Shown in pieces: positions 19,339-29,582 of a stretch of 64,000 nt of DNA; position 1 is the stretch's first letter, and each line of letters starts with the position of its first letter. Where the stretch lies: the NCBI GenBank assembly GCA_963667465.2, contig CAXXDN010000002.1, positions 160,001-224,000 on the forward strand. The letters are read 5' to 3'. The notes beneath the pieces were generated by a model. The model had not been told where the DNA came from, did no database searches, and saw only the letters and a program-made list of their open reading frames with translations. This DNA is from Dehalococcoidia bacterium (lineage in GTDB: Bacteria; Chloroflexota; Dehalococcoidia; UBA2979). The position numbers were made by a program, and so were the translations under genes.

Positions 19339-20895
19339 ATGAAGCTGGTCACAGTCGAGCAGATGCGCGCCCTGGAAGCGGCCGCCGTCGCGGCGGGAAC
19401 GAGCGAGGCGCAGTTGATGGAGGCCGCGGGGGTCGCCGCCGCGCAGGAGACCTGGATCAACATGGGCGCCGTCGAGGGGCGCACCGCGATCGTCCTTGTG
19501 GGGCCCGGCAAGAACGGCGGCGACGGCCTGCTCACGGCGATCAGCCTCAAGGAGTGGGGCGCCGATTCCGCCGTCTACCTCGTTGGCGATCGACCCGACG
19601 ACGACCCGTTGCTGCAGCGCGCCGTCGAGGCCGGGGTCGAGACGTTGAGCGCTGCCGACGACCCCGGCTGCGAGCAACTGGTAGAGGCGATGCGCGGCGC
19701 GCAGGGCATCGTCGATGCACTGCTCGGCACGGGGTTGAACCGTCCCATCGACGGCCCGATCAAGGACGTGCTCGACCGCCTTGCCGAGGCGCGCGCGGAC
19801 CGGACGCTGCGCCCTCACCTCGTCGCCATCGACGTGCCCTCGGGCGTGAATCCGGACACGGGGACGGCGGACCCGGCGGTGGTGCGCGCGGATACCACGG
19901 TCGCGCTCGGCTTCGCCAAGGTCGGGCTGTTCGCGATGCCCGCCCGCGCGATCGCCGGGACGATCGCGGAGGTCGAGATCGGGCTGCCTGAGGGCGCGGG
20001 CGATGACCTGCCCTACGAGGAGATCAGGATGCGCGATCTCCAGGACAAGATGCCCTTCCGCTCCGACGATGCGCACAAGGGCACCTTCGGCGCCGCCGTC
20101 ATCGCGGCCGGCTCGAAGTTCTACCCCGGCGCGGCGCGGCTCGCCTCGGAGTCGGCGCTGCGTGGGGGAGCGGGTCTGGTGGTGCTGGCCGCTCCCGAGT
20201 CGATCCAGCCGCTGTTCGCCGGCATGTCGCCGGAGGTCACCCACCACCCATTGCCGGGCAACGGCGCCGCCGACGGCGACTCGGCTGCCGAGCTGCTGGG
20301 CGCCCTCGCGGGCCGCGAGGCGCTGCTGATCGGGCCCGGCCTCACGAACTCGCCGGGTACGGTGGACTTCGTCCGAGGCGTGCTCGAGGGCCTCGACGCC
20401 GTCGAGGGGCTACAGGCAGTGGTGATCGACGCGGACGCGCTGAACGCGCTCTCAGCGATCCCCGGCTGGTACGAGGGTCTGTCCGCGCCTCGCGTCCTCA
20501 CGCCGCATCCGGGCGAGATGGCCCGGCTGCTCGGCACGAGCGTCGACGAGGTGCAGGCGGACCGGCTCGGCGCCGCCACGGACTACGCACAGCGCACGGA
20601 CAGCGTGGTGGTGCTGAAGGGCGCGGGCACGATCGTCGCGCACCCGGACGGGCGCGCGCGGCTCTCCGAGTTCGCCAGCGCCGTCCTCGCGACGGCGGGG
20701 ACGGGCGACGTGCTGGCGGGTTTCATTGTCTCGCTGATCGCGCAGGGAATGGACCCCTTCGACGCGGCCGCGACGGGCGTCTACCTGCACACCGAGTGCG
20801 CCCGTCAGCTGGAGTCGGCGGTCGGCCCATCGACGGCGATCGCGCAGGATCTGCTGCGTGCGCTGCCCGATACGCGCAAGGCGCTCGACGGCTAG
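19339..20895 (+). CDS. nnr: Bifunctional NAD(P)HX epimerase/dehydratase
   Basis: GKNGGDG, DALLGTG, DVPSG, HKGTFG, DADALN, LTPHPGEMARL, ATAGTGDVLAG. Confidence 0.95.
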   Translation: MKLVTVEQMRALEAAAVAAGTSEAQLMEAAGVAAAQETWINMGAVEGRTAIVLVGPGKNGGDGLLTAISLKEWGADSAVYLVGDRPDDDPLLQRAVEAGVETLSAADDPGCEQLVEAMRGAQGIVDALLGTGLNRPIDGPIKDVLDRLAEARADRTLRPHLVAIDVPSGVNPDTGTADPAVVRADTTVALGFAKVGLFAMPARAIAGTIAEVEIGLPEGAGDDLPYEEIRMRDLQDKMPFRSDDAHKGTFGAAVIAAGSKFYPGAARLASESALRGGAGLVVLAAPESIQPLFAGMSPEVTHHPLPGNGAADGDSAAELLGALAGREALLIGPGLTNSPGTVDFVRGVLEGLDAVEGLQAVVIDADALNALSAIPGWYEGLSAPRVLTPHPGEMARLLGTSVDEVQADRLGAATDYAQRTDSVVVLKGAGTIVAHPDGRARLSEFASAVLATAGTGDVLAGFIVSLIAQGMDPFDAAATGVYLHTECARQLESAVGPSTAIAQDLLRALPDTRKALDG

Positions 20896-21119
20896 TTGCG
20901 CCATCCTCACAAGGCCGTCTCACAGGGCCGTACGCGATGCGCTTGACGGGCAGAGGCGGGTAACCTCTACCATGTCCCCGATACGCGTGGGCGCGGTGGC
21001 GGAACCGAACCGCGAGGGGGCGTCCAGCGGTGAAGCCCGTCCCGACTCTGCGGCCGTCGCACGAGTAAACCGGACCTCTCTTATCTTAGAGGGCCGCGCG
21101 TGAGGATCGAGCGAGCGTC

Positions 21120-22130
21120 ATGAGCGACAGCGCTACGGGTTCCGCGGGCCACGATCCGGTTGCGATCGTCTTCCCCGGCCAGGGCTCCCAATCGCCCGGC
21201 ATGGGTCGCCTCGTGCATGCGCACTCGGCGGAGGCGCGCCTCGCGTTCGAGGAAGCAAGCGAGGTCACCGGCATCGATGTCGCGCGCGTCTGCTTCGAGG
21301 GCGACGCCGACGAGCTGGCGGAGACACGCTTCACGCAGCCTGCGGTGCTGACCACCTCGACGGCGATCTTCCGCGGCATGCGGGAGAAGCTGACCGAGGT
21401 ACGGCGCTCGATCCAGCCGCGCCTCTTCGGCGGCCACTCGCTCGGCCTGTTCGGCGCTGCTGTCGCCAGCGAGGCGCTGACCTTCCGCGACGCGCTGCTG
21501 GTGGTACTGGAACGCTCGCGCCTGATGAGCAGCTTCAACGAGGGGCGCCCCGTCGGGATGGCTTCGATCATCGGCCTCGACGGTGAGCTGGTGCAGGAGA
21601 TCTGCGAGGGCGCGACGCTGTCCCCGGCGGACCGCGTCGACGTCGCCAACCACAACCTCAAGACGCAGACCGTGATCAGCGGCGACGTCTCCGCCCTCGA
21701 ACGCGCGATGGAGCACGCGCGCGAGCTGCAGGGCCGCGTAATCCGCCTCAAGGTGAAGGTCTCCAGCCACACGCCGCTGCACAACGAGCAGGCCGAGGAG
21801 TTCGCCGCGATCATCAAGGGCGTGCCGATCAGTGACCCCGTGCGCCCGATCGTCTCCAACCGCACCTCGCGCCCGCTGCGCACCGCGGCGGAGCTGCGCG
21901 AGGAGTTCTCCGAGCAGCTGCGCGCGCCGGTCTTCTGGGAAGGCAACGTGCGCGAGATGACCAACCAGGGCGTGCAGACCTTCATCGAGGTGGGGCCCGG
22001 GCACGTGCTCTCGCGCATGGTGCGCCGCATCTCCACCCGCGTGGTCGCCGTCTCGCTCGACGACGCCGAGGTGGAGCCGATCCCGATCTCCGTGCTGCCA
22101 CCCGATGCGCTCGAGGCGCCCCAGACCTGA
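21120..22130 (+). CDS. fabD: Malonyl-CoA:ACP transacylase
   Basis: FPGQGSQ, TQPA, GHSLG, EVGPGHVL. Confidence 0.93.
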   Translation: MSDSATGSAGHDPVAIVFPGQGSQSPGMGRLVHAHSAEARLAFEEASEVTGIDVARVCFEGDADELAETRFTQPAVLTTSTAIFRGMREKLTEVRRSIQPRLFGGHSLGLFGAAVASEALTFRDALLVVLERSRLMSSFNEGRPVGMASIIGLDGELVQEICEGATLSPADRVDVANHNLKTQTVISGDVSALERAMEHARELQGRVIRLKVKVSSHTPLHNEQAEEFAAIIKGVPISDPVRPIVSNRTSRPLRTAAELREEFSEQLRAPVFWEGNVREMTNQGVQTFIEVGPGHVLSRMVRRISTRVVAVSLDDAEVEPIPISVLPPDALEAPQT

Positions 22131-23380
22131 TGGCTCAGGGGCCACGGCGAGTCGCGGTCACAGGCCTGGGGCTGCTCACGCCCCTGGGCCTCGACACGGA
22201 ATCGACCTGGGACGGACTGATCGCGGGCCGCTCCGGCATCGCCCCGATCACCGCCTTCGACACATCCGCCTTCGAGTGCCCGATCGCGGGCGAGTTGCGC
22301 GGCTTCGATCCCGCCCAGCACGTCGACTCCAAGATCGCGAGGCGCATCGACCGCTCCTCGATGCTCGCGATCGCCGCCTCGAAGCAGGCGGTGCAGGACG
22401 CGCAGCTCGATCTGGAGCGGCAGCCCCCGGGCAGCGTGGGCATCGTGCTGGGGACGGGTATCGGCGGGGCGCACTTGCTGGTCGAAAACCAGCAGGTGCT
22501 CGACGAACGAGGGCCGCGGCGCGTCAGCCCGTTCCTGATTACCAACATGCTCCCGGACACGGCCTCCGGCCTCGTCGCGATCGCGCTCGGCGCGGGCGGC
22601 CCGAACCTGGCCGTCACGGCCGCCTGCGCGACGGGCGGCGCCGCCGTCGGCGAGGCGGCTGAGATGATCCGCCGCGGCGCCGCCGACGTGATCGTCGCCG
22701 GTGGCTTCGAGGCCCCGCTCAAGCCGATCTACTACTCCGGCTTCCAGGCGATGCGCGCCCTCGCCGTACACGACGACCCCACCCAGGCCTCGCGCCCCTT
22801 CGACGCCGACCGCAACGGCTTCGTCATCTCCGAGGGCGCCAGCGTGTTGATCCTCGAAGAGCTCGACCATGCGCTCGCGCGCGGCGCACGCATCTACGCC
22901 GAGTGGGAGGGCGCGGCCACCGCCAGCGACGCCTTCGACATGGCCGCCGCCGCCGATGACGGCCGCGGCATCGTGCGTGCGATGCGCTGGGTGCTCGACG
23001 GGTCCGGCGTGGCGACGGACGAGGTCGACTACCTCAACGCGCACGGGACGAGCACGCCGCTCAACGACCGCGTCGAGACGTTCGCGATCCGCACCGTGTT
23101 TGGCGAGGACGCGGACCGCATCGCGGTCTCCTCGACGAAGTCGATGCTGGGGCACATGATGGGCGCGGCGGGCGCCGTGGAGGCGGCGGTGGCGGTGCTC
23201 GCCTGTGATCGGCAGATCGCACCGCCTACAATCAACTATCGTACGCCAGACCCGGAGTGCGACCTCGACTACGTACCGAACGAGGCGCGACCGCTGGAGG
23301 TGCGACACGCGATGAGCACCTCGGTTGGCCTCGGTGGGCACAATTCGGTCCTGCTCTTCGGGCGCTGGGAGGGTGTGTGA
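22130..23380 (+). CDS. fabF: Beta-ketoacyl-ACP synthase II, copy 1
   Basis: TAACATG, SRPFD..RNGFVISEG, NAHGTST, KSMLGH. Confidence 0.9.
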   Translation: MAQGPRRVAVTGLGLLTPLGLDTESTWDGLIAGRSGIAPITAFDTSAFECPIAGELRGFDPAQHVDSKIARRIDRSSMLAIAASKQAVQDAQLDLERQPPGSVGIVLGTGIGGAHLLVENQQVLDERGPRRVSPFLITNMLPDTASGLVAIALGAGGPNLAVTAACATGGAAVGEAAEMIRRGAADVIVAGGFEAPLKPIYYSGFQAMRALAVHDDPTQASRPFDADRNGFVISEGASVLILEELDHALARGARIYAEWEGAATASDAFDMAAAADDGRGIVRAMRWVLDGSGVATDEVDYLNAHGTSTPLNDRVETFAIRTVFGEDADRIAVSSTKSMLGHMMGAAGAVEAAVAVLACDRQIAPPTINYRTPDPECDLDYVPNEARPLEVRHAMSTSVGLGGHNSVLLFGRWEGV

Positions 23381-24657
23381 TGGCGGGCCTCGACTCGAGC
23401 GCGACGAACAGCTCGGCGCAGCGCCGCGTCGTGGTCACCGGCGTCGGTCTCGTCACAGCGGTCGGTGTCGGCCGCGAGGAGACGTGGGACGCCCTGCTTG
23501 CCGGCGAGAACGGCATCGGGCCCGTCACGCTCTGCGAAGCTTCGGACCTTGGCTCGCGCATTGCCGGCGAGGCGCCCGGCTTCAACCCGCTCGACTACAT
23601 CGACCGCAAGGACGCGCGGCGCATGGACCGCTTCGTCCAGCTCTCGATCGCGGCCACGCAGGAAGCCATCGAGCAGTCGGAGCTGGATATCGCGCCGATC
23701 GCCGACGAGGTCGGAGCGATGATCGGCTCGGGCATGGGCGGCCTCACCTGGCTCGAGGAACAGTTCAAGGTGATGTTCGAGAAGGGGCCGGGCCGCATCT
23801 CGCCCTTCCTCGTGCCCGCCTTCATCCCCGACATGGCCGCCGGCCAGGTCTCGATCCGCTTCGGCGCGCGCGGGCCGAACTACAACACCGTCTCCGCCTG
23901 CGCCTCCGGCGCCGACGCGATCGGCACCGCGCTCGAGGTGATCCGGCGTGGCGACGCCCGCGCGATGATCACCGGCGGCAGCGACGCCTGCGTGACGCGC
24001 ATGGGCCTCGCCGCCTTCCACGCCTCGCGGGCGCTCTCCACGCAGCGCAACGACGACCCCGAGCACGCCTCGCGCCCGTTCGACCTCGAGCGCGACGGCT
24101 TCGTGCTGGCCGAGGGCGCCGGCACGCTGGTCCTCGAGGAGCTCGAGTACGCGAAGGCGCGCGGGGCGACGATCCTCGCCGAGGCGGTCTCCTACGGGCA
24201 GTCCGCCGACGCCTTCCACGTCACGCAGCCGTCCGAGAACGGCGAGGGCGCCGCGCGCGCGATGAACATCGCGCTCCGCAAGGGCGGGGTCGCCGCGAGC
24301 GACGTCGGCTACATCAACGCACACGGCACCAGCACGCCGCTCAACGACAAGTTCGAGACGATGTCGATCAAGGCCGTCTTCGGCGAATCCGCCCTCGGCA
24401 TCCCCATCAACTCGACGAAGTCGATGCTCGGTCACACCCTCGGCGCGGCGGGCGGCATCGAATCCGCCGTCACCGTGCTCTCGCTTCGCGACCAGCGCCT
24501 GCATATGACCCGCAACCTCGAGATCCCCGACCCCGACTGCGACCTCGATTACGTGGCCGAGGGCGCGCGCGACGTGGACATCGAGTACGCGATGATGAAC
24601 TCCCTGGGTTTCGGCGGTCACAACTCCTCCCTGCTCTTCCGGAGGTATGACGACTAA
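23380..24657 (+). CDS. fabF: Beta-ketoacyl-ACP synthase II, copy 2
   Basis: VSACASG, SRPFD..RDGFVLAEG, INAHGTST, NSLGFGGHN; ATG overlaps the upstream TGA. Confidence 0.93.
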   Translation: MAGLDSSATNSSAQRRVVVTGVGLVTAVGVGREETWDALLAGENGIGPVTLCEASDLGSRIAGEAPGFNPLDYIDRKDARRMDRFVQLSIAATQEAIEQSELDIAPIADEVGAMIGSGMGGLTWLEEQFKVMFEKGPGRISPFLVPAFIPDMAAGQVSIRFGARGPNYNTVSACASGADAIGTALEVIRRGDARAMITGGSDACVTRMGLAAFHASRALSTQRNDDPEHASRPFDLERDGFVLAEGAGTLVLEELEYAKARGATILAEAVSYGQSADAFHVTQPSENGEGAARAMNIALRKGGVAASDVGYINAHGTSTPLNDKFETMSIKAVFGESALGIPINSTKSMLGHTLGAAGGIESAVTVLSLRDQRLHMTRNLEIPDPDCDLDYVAEGARDVDIEYAMMNSLGFGGHNSSLLFRRYDD

Positions 24658-26368
24658 CCCGACCGCTCCAACAACTGACACACGGCTGATCGAAGGCTCC
24701 GGCGGACGCCGCTGGCGCCTGCGCGCTGTGCCGGACCTCGGCGCCTTCGAGGGTGCGGAGTGGCCGCGCCTGATCTCCCTCCTGCTCGCGAACCGCGGCG
24801 TGCGCAGCGTCGAGGAGGCGACCGCCTACCTCGGCGAACCGGGCGAGCTGACGGACCCCGCGCTGATGCCGGACCTCGACGTCGCCGTCGAGCGGCTGCA
24901 GCGCGCCTGCGCCGCCGGCGAGACGGTCGCGATCCTCGGCGACTTCGATGTCGACGGGCTGACCTCGACGACGATCCTCAGCGAGGGACTGCGCGAACTC
25001 GGCGCGCAGCCGTTGCCCTACATTCCGGATCGCTTCAGCGAGGGCTACGGGCCTAATCCGCAGGCGGTCCGCACGCTGCACGCGCAGGGCGCGACCGTGC
25101 TGGTTACCGCCGACTGCGGCACCTCGGCGCTGCGCGAGGTGGAGCTGGCCAACGAGCTGGGCATGGACGTGATCGTGATCGACCATCACACCGTGCCGGA
25201 CGAGTTGCCGGACGCGCTCGCGCTCGTCAACCCGAAGCTCGCCGGCTCGCAGTACGGCTCGGAGCCCGCCGCCGTCGGCGTCGCGCATAAGGTCGTCGAC
25301 CACCTCTATGAGCGCGCCGGCCACGAGGGGTCTCCCGAGGAGCATCGCGCGCTGGTCGCCCTCGGGACGGTCTGCGATCTCGCGCCGATGCTGGGCGAGA
25401 ACCGCGACCTGGTGCGCATCGGGCTGCGCGTGCTGACGCGCTCGCGGCGGCCCGGCCTGCGCGCCCTCGCCGGGGTGGCGAAGGTCGACCTCGCCGAGGC
25501 GGATCCGGACACCTGCGGCTGGCAGCTCGGCCCGCGGCTCAACGCCGCCGGGCGGATGGCGCACGCCAACACGGCGCTCGAGCTGCTGCTGACGGACGAC
25601 GACGATGAGGCGCGCCGTCTCGCCGCCGAGCTCGACCGGCTCAACCGCGAGCGCCGCGAGGAGACGGCGGCCGCGCTCGAGCTGGCGCAGGGGCTGCTGG
25701 CTCCCGAGGATCGGACCGCGCCGCTGCTGATCGTGGCCAGCGAGGAGATCTCGTCGGGCATCGTTGGCCTCGTCGCCGGGCGGCTCGTCGAGGCGCACCA
25801 TCGCCCCGCGATCGCGATCCAGATCGCGGATGGCGAGGGCCGCGCCTCCTGTCGCTCGATCGAGGCCTTCGACATCACGGCGCTGCTGCGCCGCCACGAC
25901 GATCTGTTCCTGCGCTTCGGCGGCCACCGCGCCGCCGCCGGTTTCAGCATCGAGGCGTCCCGATTGCCCGAGCTGCGTGAACGCCTCGTTGCCGACGCGG
26001 CCGAGCACCTGACTTCCGCCGACCTGACGCCGACGATCGACGTGGAGGCGGAGCTACCGCTCGCCGCCGTCAACGGCGACCTGCTGCGCCGCCTCCAGCA
26101 GCTCGGCCCGCACGGCATCGGCAACCCGACGCCGCGCTTCCTCGCGAGGGGCGTGCGTGTCCTCAACAGCCGTGTGGTGGGGCAGGACGCCTCACACCTG
26201 CAGTTCACGCTCAAGGAGAACCGGGTCACCTGGCGAGCGATCGCCTTCGGCCTCGCCGAGCACGCCGTCCCCGACGGCGAGGAGGCAGATATCGTCTACA
26301 CCTTCAGCAAGGACAACTTCCGCGGCACCCTGCAACTCGAGGTGCTGGACCTGCGGCCCGCGGGGTAG
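24647..26368 (+). CDS. recJ: ssDNA exonuclease RecJ
   Basis: GDFDVDG, TADCG, IDHH, GPRLNAAGR, FGGHRAAAG. Confidence 0.96.
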   Translation: MTTNPTAPTTDTRLIEGSGGRRWRLRAVPDLGAFEGAEWPRLISLLLANRGVRSVEEATAYLGEPGELTDPALMPDLDVAVERLQRACAAGETVAILGDFDVDGLTSTTILSEGLRELGAQPLPYIPDRFSEGYGPNPQAVRTLHAQGATVLVTADCGTSALREVELANELGMDVIVIDHHTVPDELPDALALVNPKLAGSQYGSEPAAVGVAHKVVDHLYERAGHEGSPEEHRALVALGTVCDLAPMLGENRDLVRIGLRVLTRSRRPGLRALAGVAKVDLAEADPDTCGWQLGPRLNAAGRMAHANTALELLLTDDDDEARRLAAELDRLNRERREETAAALELAQGLLAPEDRTAPLLIVASEEISSGIVGLVAGRLVEAHHRPAIAIQIADGEGRASCRSIEAFDITALLRRHDDLFLRFGGHRAAAGFSIEASRLPELRERLVADAAEHLTSADLTPTIDVEAELPLAAVNGDLLRRLQQLGPHGIGNPTPRFLARGVRVLNSRVVGQDASHLQFTLKENRVTWRAIAFGLAEHAVPDGEEADIVYTFSKDNFRGTLQLEVLDLRPAG

Positions 26369-26377
26369 GGTCCGCCG

Positions 26378-26638
26378 TCAGGCGCGGGTGGGCTCCGCCT
26401 CCAGGCGGTTCGCGCAACGTCGAGCCTCGGCGGCGAAGAGATTCTCTTCGGCCGCTCCGCTGAGGACCGTCTCCGCAACCAGGGCGAGACGTTCGATCAT
26501 CTCCGCTTCGGCAGGACCGATATCGCGGCTGTCGGTCACAGCGACCTCCCAGCCGCGAACGTCGTCCATCGAGACCTCACCGGCGAGGTATGCGTTCAGA
26601 GTGAGCAGAAGCTCGTTCTGGAGTAGCGTCAGGGCCAT
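26378..26638 (-). CDS. Hypothetical small acidic helical protein (86 aa)
   Basis: ATG 26638 with AGGAG 7 nt upstream; protein-like composition; no recognisable family. Confidence 0.6.
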   Translation of the reverse strand: MALTLLQNELLLTLNAYLAGEVSMDDVRGWEVAVTDSRDIGPAEAEMIERLALVAETVLSGAAEENLFAAEARRCANRLEAEPTRA

Positions 26639-26649
26639 TGGAGGACTCC

Positions 26650-26967
26650 TTGGCTCGCGCAATCGCTGTTCGCGTCTCCGAACCGCTTCTCAGCCAGCTC
26701 TTCGATGCCCTCCGCATCCGGGAGAAGGTTGAGAGCGGTGTGCTCTCTGAGGTCCTGGGGCCCGATTCACCTGTTACGGCCACCGCCGACTGGTGTGCTG
26801 ATGGAATATCGTACTACACGCGGATCGAGAATCAGGAAGGGTTGCGAGTGGGTCGGGTGCACTACCTCTCCTGCCCCGACCTGGGGATTCAGCGCTTCCC
26901 CTCGTACGTCATGGTAGGCGACACGCGTCTGTTCCGCGTCGGGCACGCCGGAGGCGCCGTCGCCTGA
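26650..26967 (+). CDS. Hypothetical protein (105 aa)
   Basis: TTG 26650 with GGAGG 5 nt upstream; beta-rich C-half (ISYYTRIE..VGRVHYL..YVMVG); lower GC than flanks. Confidence 0.55.
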   Translation: MARAIAVRVSEPLLSQLFDALRIREKVESGVLSEVLGPDSPVTATADWCADGISYYTRIENQEGLRVGRVHYLSCPDLGIQRFPSYVMVGDTRLFRVGHAGGAVA

Positions 26968-27037
26968 CCTACCCTGCCCTCGTGCGCTCGCGCGGTGTAA
27001 CATCCCCGCCACGAGGTGCGCAGGGGGTGCCGACACG

Positions 27038-29089
27038 ATGAACGCCTACACGTCCGATCAGCTTCGCAACGTCGTCCTGCTGGGGCACAGCGGGGCGGGG
27101 AAGACGATGCTGGGCGAGGCGATGCTCTTCGCCTCCGGTGTCACCAACCGCCTCGGCCGCGTCGAGGACGGCAACACCGTCTCCGACTACGACCCCGAGG
27201 AGCACGCCCGCACCTACTCCATCTCCCTCTCCATGCTCCCCGTCGAGTGGGCCGGCACGCGCCTCAATATGATCGACACGCCCGGCTACGCCGACTTCAT
27301 CGGCGAGGTCGTCAGCGGCCTCGCCGCCGCCGACTCCGCACTCATCACCGTTGACGCATCGAGCGGCATCGAGGCCGGCGCCGAGCTGGCCTGGAGCCAG
27401 GCCGAGGCGCGCGGCCTGCCGCGTTTCATCGCCGTGACCCGCATGGACCGCGAGCACGCGGACTTCCCGCAGGTCCTCGACTCGATGCGCGACCGCTTTG
27501 GCGTGAAGGTGGTCCCGCTCGCGATCCCGATCGGCTCCGCCGACAGCTTCGAGGGCGTCGTGCACCTCGCCAGCGGCGAGGCACGCATCGGCGCCGACGC
27601 GACCGCCGGCGAGGCGCCCGGCGACCTCGCCGACGAGATCGAGGCCGCGCGCGAGCAGTTGATCGAGTCGATCGCCGAGACCGACGACGAGCTGCTCGAG
27701 CTGTACCTCGAGGGTGAGGAGCTGCCGCCGGACCGTGTCGCGGCGGTGCTGGCGGCCGCTGTCGCCGCGGGCGACGTGGTGCCGGTGCTGCCGGTCTGCG
27801 CCGTGAGCGGCGTCGGCGTGCGCACGCTGATGAACGAAGTCGCGCGGCTCCTGCCCTCGCCGCTGGGCCGCGAGCACGAGCTGGTCGATGGCTCCTGTAG
27901 CACGGATGCGGACGGGCCGCTGGTGGTGCACGTCTTCAAGACCGCGGCCGACCCGTTCGTCGGCAGGCTGACGTTCATGAAGGTGCTCAGCGGCGTGCTC
28001 ACGCCGGACGCCAACCCGTACAACCCGGACCGGCGCAACAGCGAGCGGTTGGGGCACCTCTTCATCCAGCGCGGCAAGGAGCAGATCGAGACGCCTCAGC
28101 TGGCGGCGGGCGACATCGGCGTCGCCGCCAAGCTCGCCGAGACGATGACAGGCGACACCCTCCTCGGCAGCGAGGCGCAGGGCGAGCGCGTGCCGGGCCT
28201 GCCCTTCCCGGAGGCGACCTTCCGCTCTGCCCTCCACCCGAAGACGAAGGCGGACGTCGACAAGCTCTCGTCGGCCCTCCAGCGGCTCGTCGAGCAGGAT
28301 CCAACGATCCTCGTCGCACGCGACGCGAACACGAGCGAGACGGTGATGTCGACGATTGGCGACGCGCAGGCGAACATCGCCGCCGCGCGCCTCGAGAAGA
28401 ACTACGGTGTCGAGGTGGACGTGAGTATTCCGATGGTGCCCTACCGCGAGACGGTCACCACCAAGGCGAAGTCGGAGTACAAGCACAAGAAGCAGACCGG
28501 CGGACACGGCCAGTACGGCCACGTGGTCATCGAGATCGACCCGGCCGAGCGCGGCGCGGGCTTCAGCTTCGAGCAGAAGGTCGTCGGCGGGAACGTGCCC
28601 AGGCAGTTCATCCCCGCGGTCGAAAAGGGGCTGATGGAGACGCTGCCGGACGGCCCGCTCGCGCACGCGCCGATCGTCGACGTGCGGGTCACGCTGCTCG
28701 ACGGCTCCTCGCACTCGGTGGACTCCTCGGAGATGGCGTTCAAGCTCGCCGCCTCGCAGGCGCTGAAGCAAGGCTTCCTCGATGCGCGGCCGATCCTGCT
28801 GGAGCCGATCGTGCGGCTCGTCGTGCGCGTTCCCGGCGACCGCGTCGGGGACGTGATGAGCGACCTCAACGGTCGGCGCGGCCAGGTGCACGGGGTGGAC
28901 ACCGAGGGCGACTACAGCGTGATCAACGGCGAGGCCCCCCTCGCCGAGATCCAGCGCTACGGCCCGGACCTGCGCTCGATGACCAACGGCCGCGGCACCT
29001 TCACCGTCGCCGTCGACCGCTACGCCGAGGTGCCGGTGCATGTGCAGGAGCAGGTGCTGAAGGAGCTGCAGGCCGCCGCCGAAGCCTGA
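27038..29089 (+). CDS. Elongation factor G paralogue (EF-G2-like)
   Basis: GHSGAGKT, DTPGYADF, TRMD, KKQTGGHGQYG, HSVDSSEMAF; lacks canonical AHIDAGKT; not in the str operon. Confidence 0.92.
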   Translation: MNAYTSDQLRNVVLLGHSGAGKTMLGEAMLFASGVTNRLGRVEDGNTVSDYDPEEHARTYSISLSMLPVEWAGTRLNMIDTPGYADFIGEVVSGLAAADSALITVDASSGIEAGAELAWSQAEARGLPRFIAVTRMDREHADFPQVLDSMRDRFGVKVVPLAIPIGSADSFEGVVHLASGEARIGADATAGEAPGDLADEIEAAREQLIESIAETDDELLELYLEGEELPPDRVAAVLAAAVAAGDVVPVLPVCAVSGVGVRTLMNEVARLLPSPLGREHELVDGSCSTDADGPLVVHVFKTAADPFVGRLTFMKVLSGVLTPDANPYNPDRRNSERLGHLFIQRGKEQIETPQLAAGDIGVAAKLAETMTGDTLLGSEAQGERVPGLPFPEATFRSALHPKTKADVDKLSSALQRLVEQDPTILVARDANTSETVMSTIGDAQANIAAARLEKNYGVEVDVSIPMVPYRETVTTKAKSEYKHKKQTGGHGQYGHVVIEIDPAERGAGFSFEQKVVGGNVPRQFIPAVEKGLMETLPDGPLAHAPIVDVRVTLLDGSSHSVDSSEMAFKLAASQALKQGFLDARPILLEPIVRLVVRVPGDRVGDVMSDLNGRRGQVHGVDTEGDYSVINGEAPLAEIQRYGPDLRSMTNGRGTFTVAVDRYAEVPVHVQEQVLKELQAAAEA

Positions 29090-29123
29090 GCCGGGCAGTC
29101 CTGATCGGAAGCGGCGAGGGCCC

Positions 29124-29582
29124 TCAGGCCGGGGCGGGCCCCGGCTCAGGGTTGCGCCAGATCGTCTCGTACTGGCGGCCCCGGATCGCGTTGCCGAGTT
29201 CCTGCTGCTCCAGGACGTAGAGATCCGTGAGGCAGTCGCACGCGCGCGTCAGTTCGGCCTCGCTGCCTTCGCCCTCGAGGCGCGCGAGCACGCGCTCCCA
29301 GACGCCGGCCTCCTCCAGCGCGCCAACGCGCCGGATCCAGGGGATCAGCGTGATCGAATCCGGGCGCGGCAGCCGCGGACGCAGCCGCTTCAGCGACTCG
29401 AAGCGCTCGGTCGAGTTGCGCACCATCGGCACAATGCCGATGTACGGGCGGACGAACTTGTCGGATCGCGTGTCCATCAGCAGGGTCCGGCGCAGCATCG
29501 GGAAGTAGATCGAAACTACCTCGGCCTCGTCCACGTTCTCGCGGATGCCCTCGATGTCCAGCTCGTAGCCGCCGTCAAGCAT
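29124..29582 (-). CDS. Hypothetical protein (152 aa)
   Basis: MLDGGYELDIE.. start overlaps the tyrS end; host-like codon usage. Confidence 0.75.
   Translation of the reverse strand: MLDGGYELDIEGIRENVDEAEVVSIYFPMLRRTLLMDTRSDKFVRPYIGIVPMVRNSTERFESLKRLRPRLPRPDSITLIPWIRRVGALEEAGVWERVLARLEGEGSEAELTRACDCLTDLYVLEQQELGNAIRGRQYETIWRNPEPGPAPA

Noticed and set aside
21078-21130. CTCTTATC..AGAG resembling a SAM-I riboswitch start
   Set aside because: Lacks the GAGGGA, GCAACC, GTGC and closing GAT elements; context unrelated
27038-29089. Divergent EF-G as novelty
   Set aside because: EF-G2-type paralogues are widespread and known
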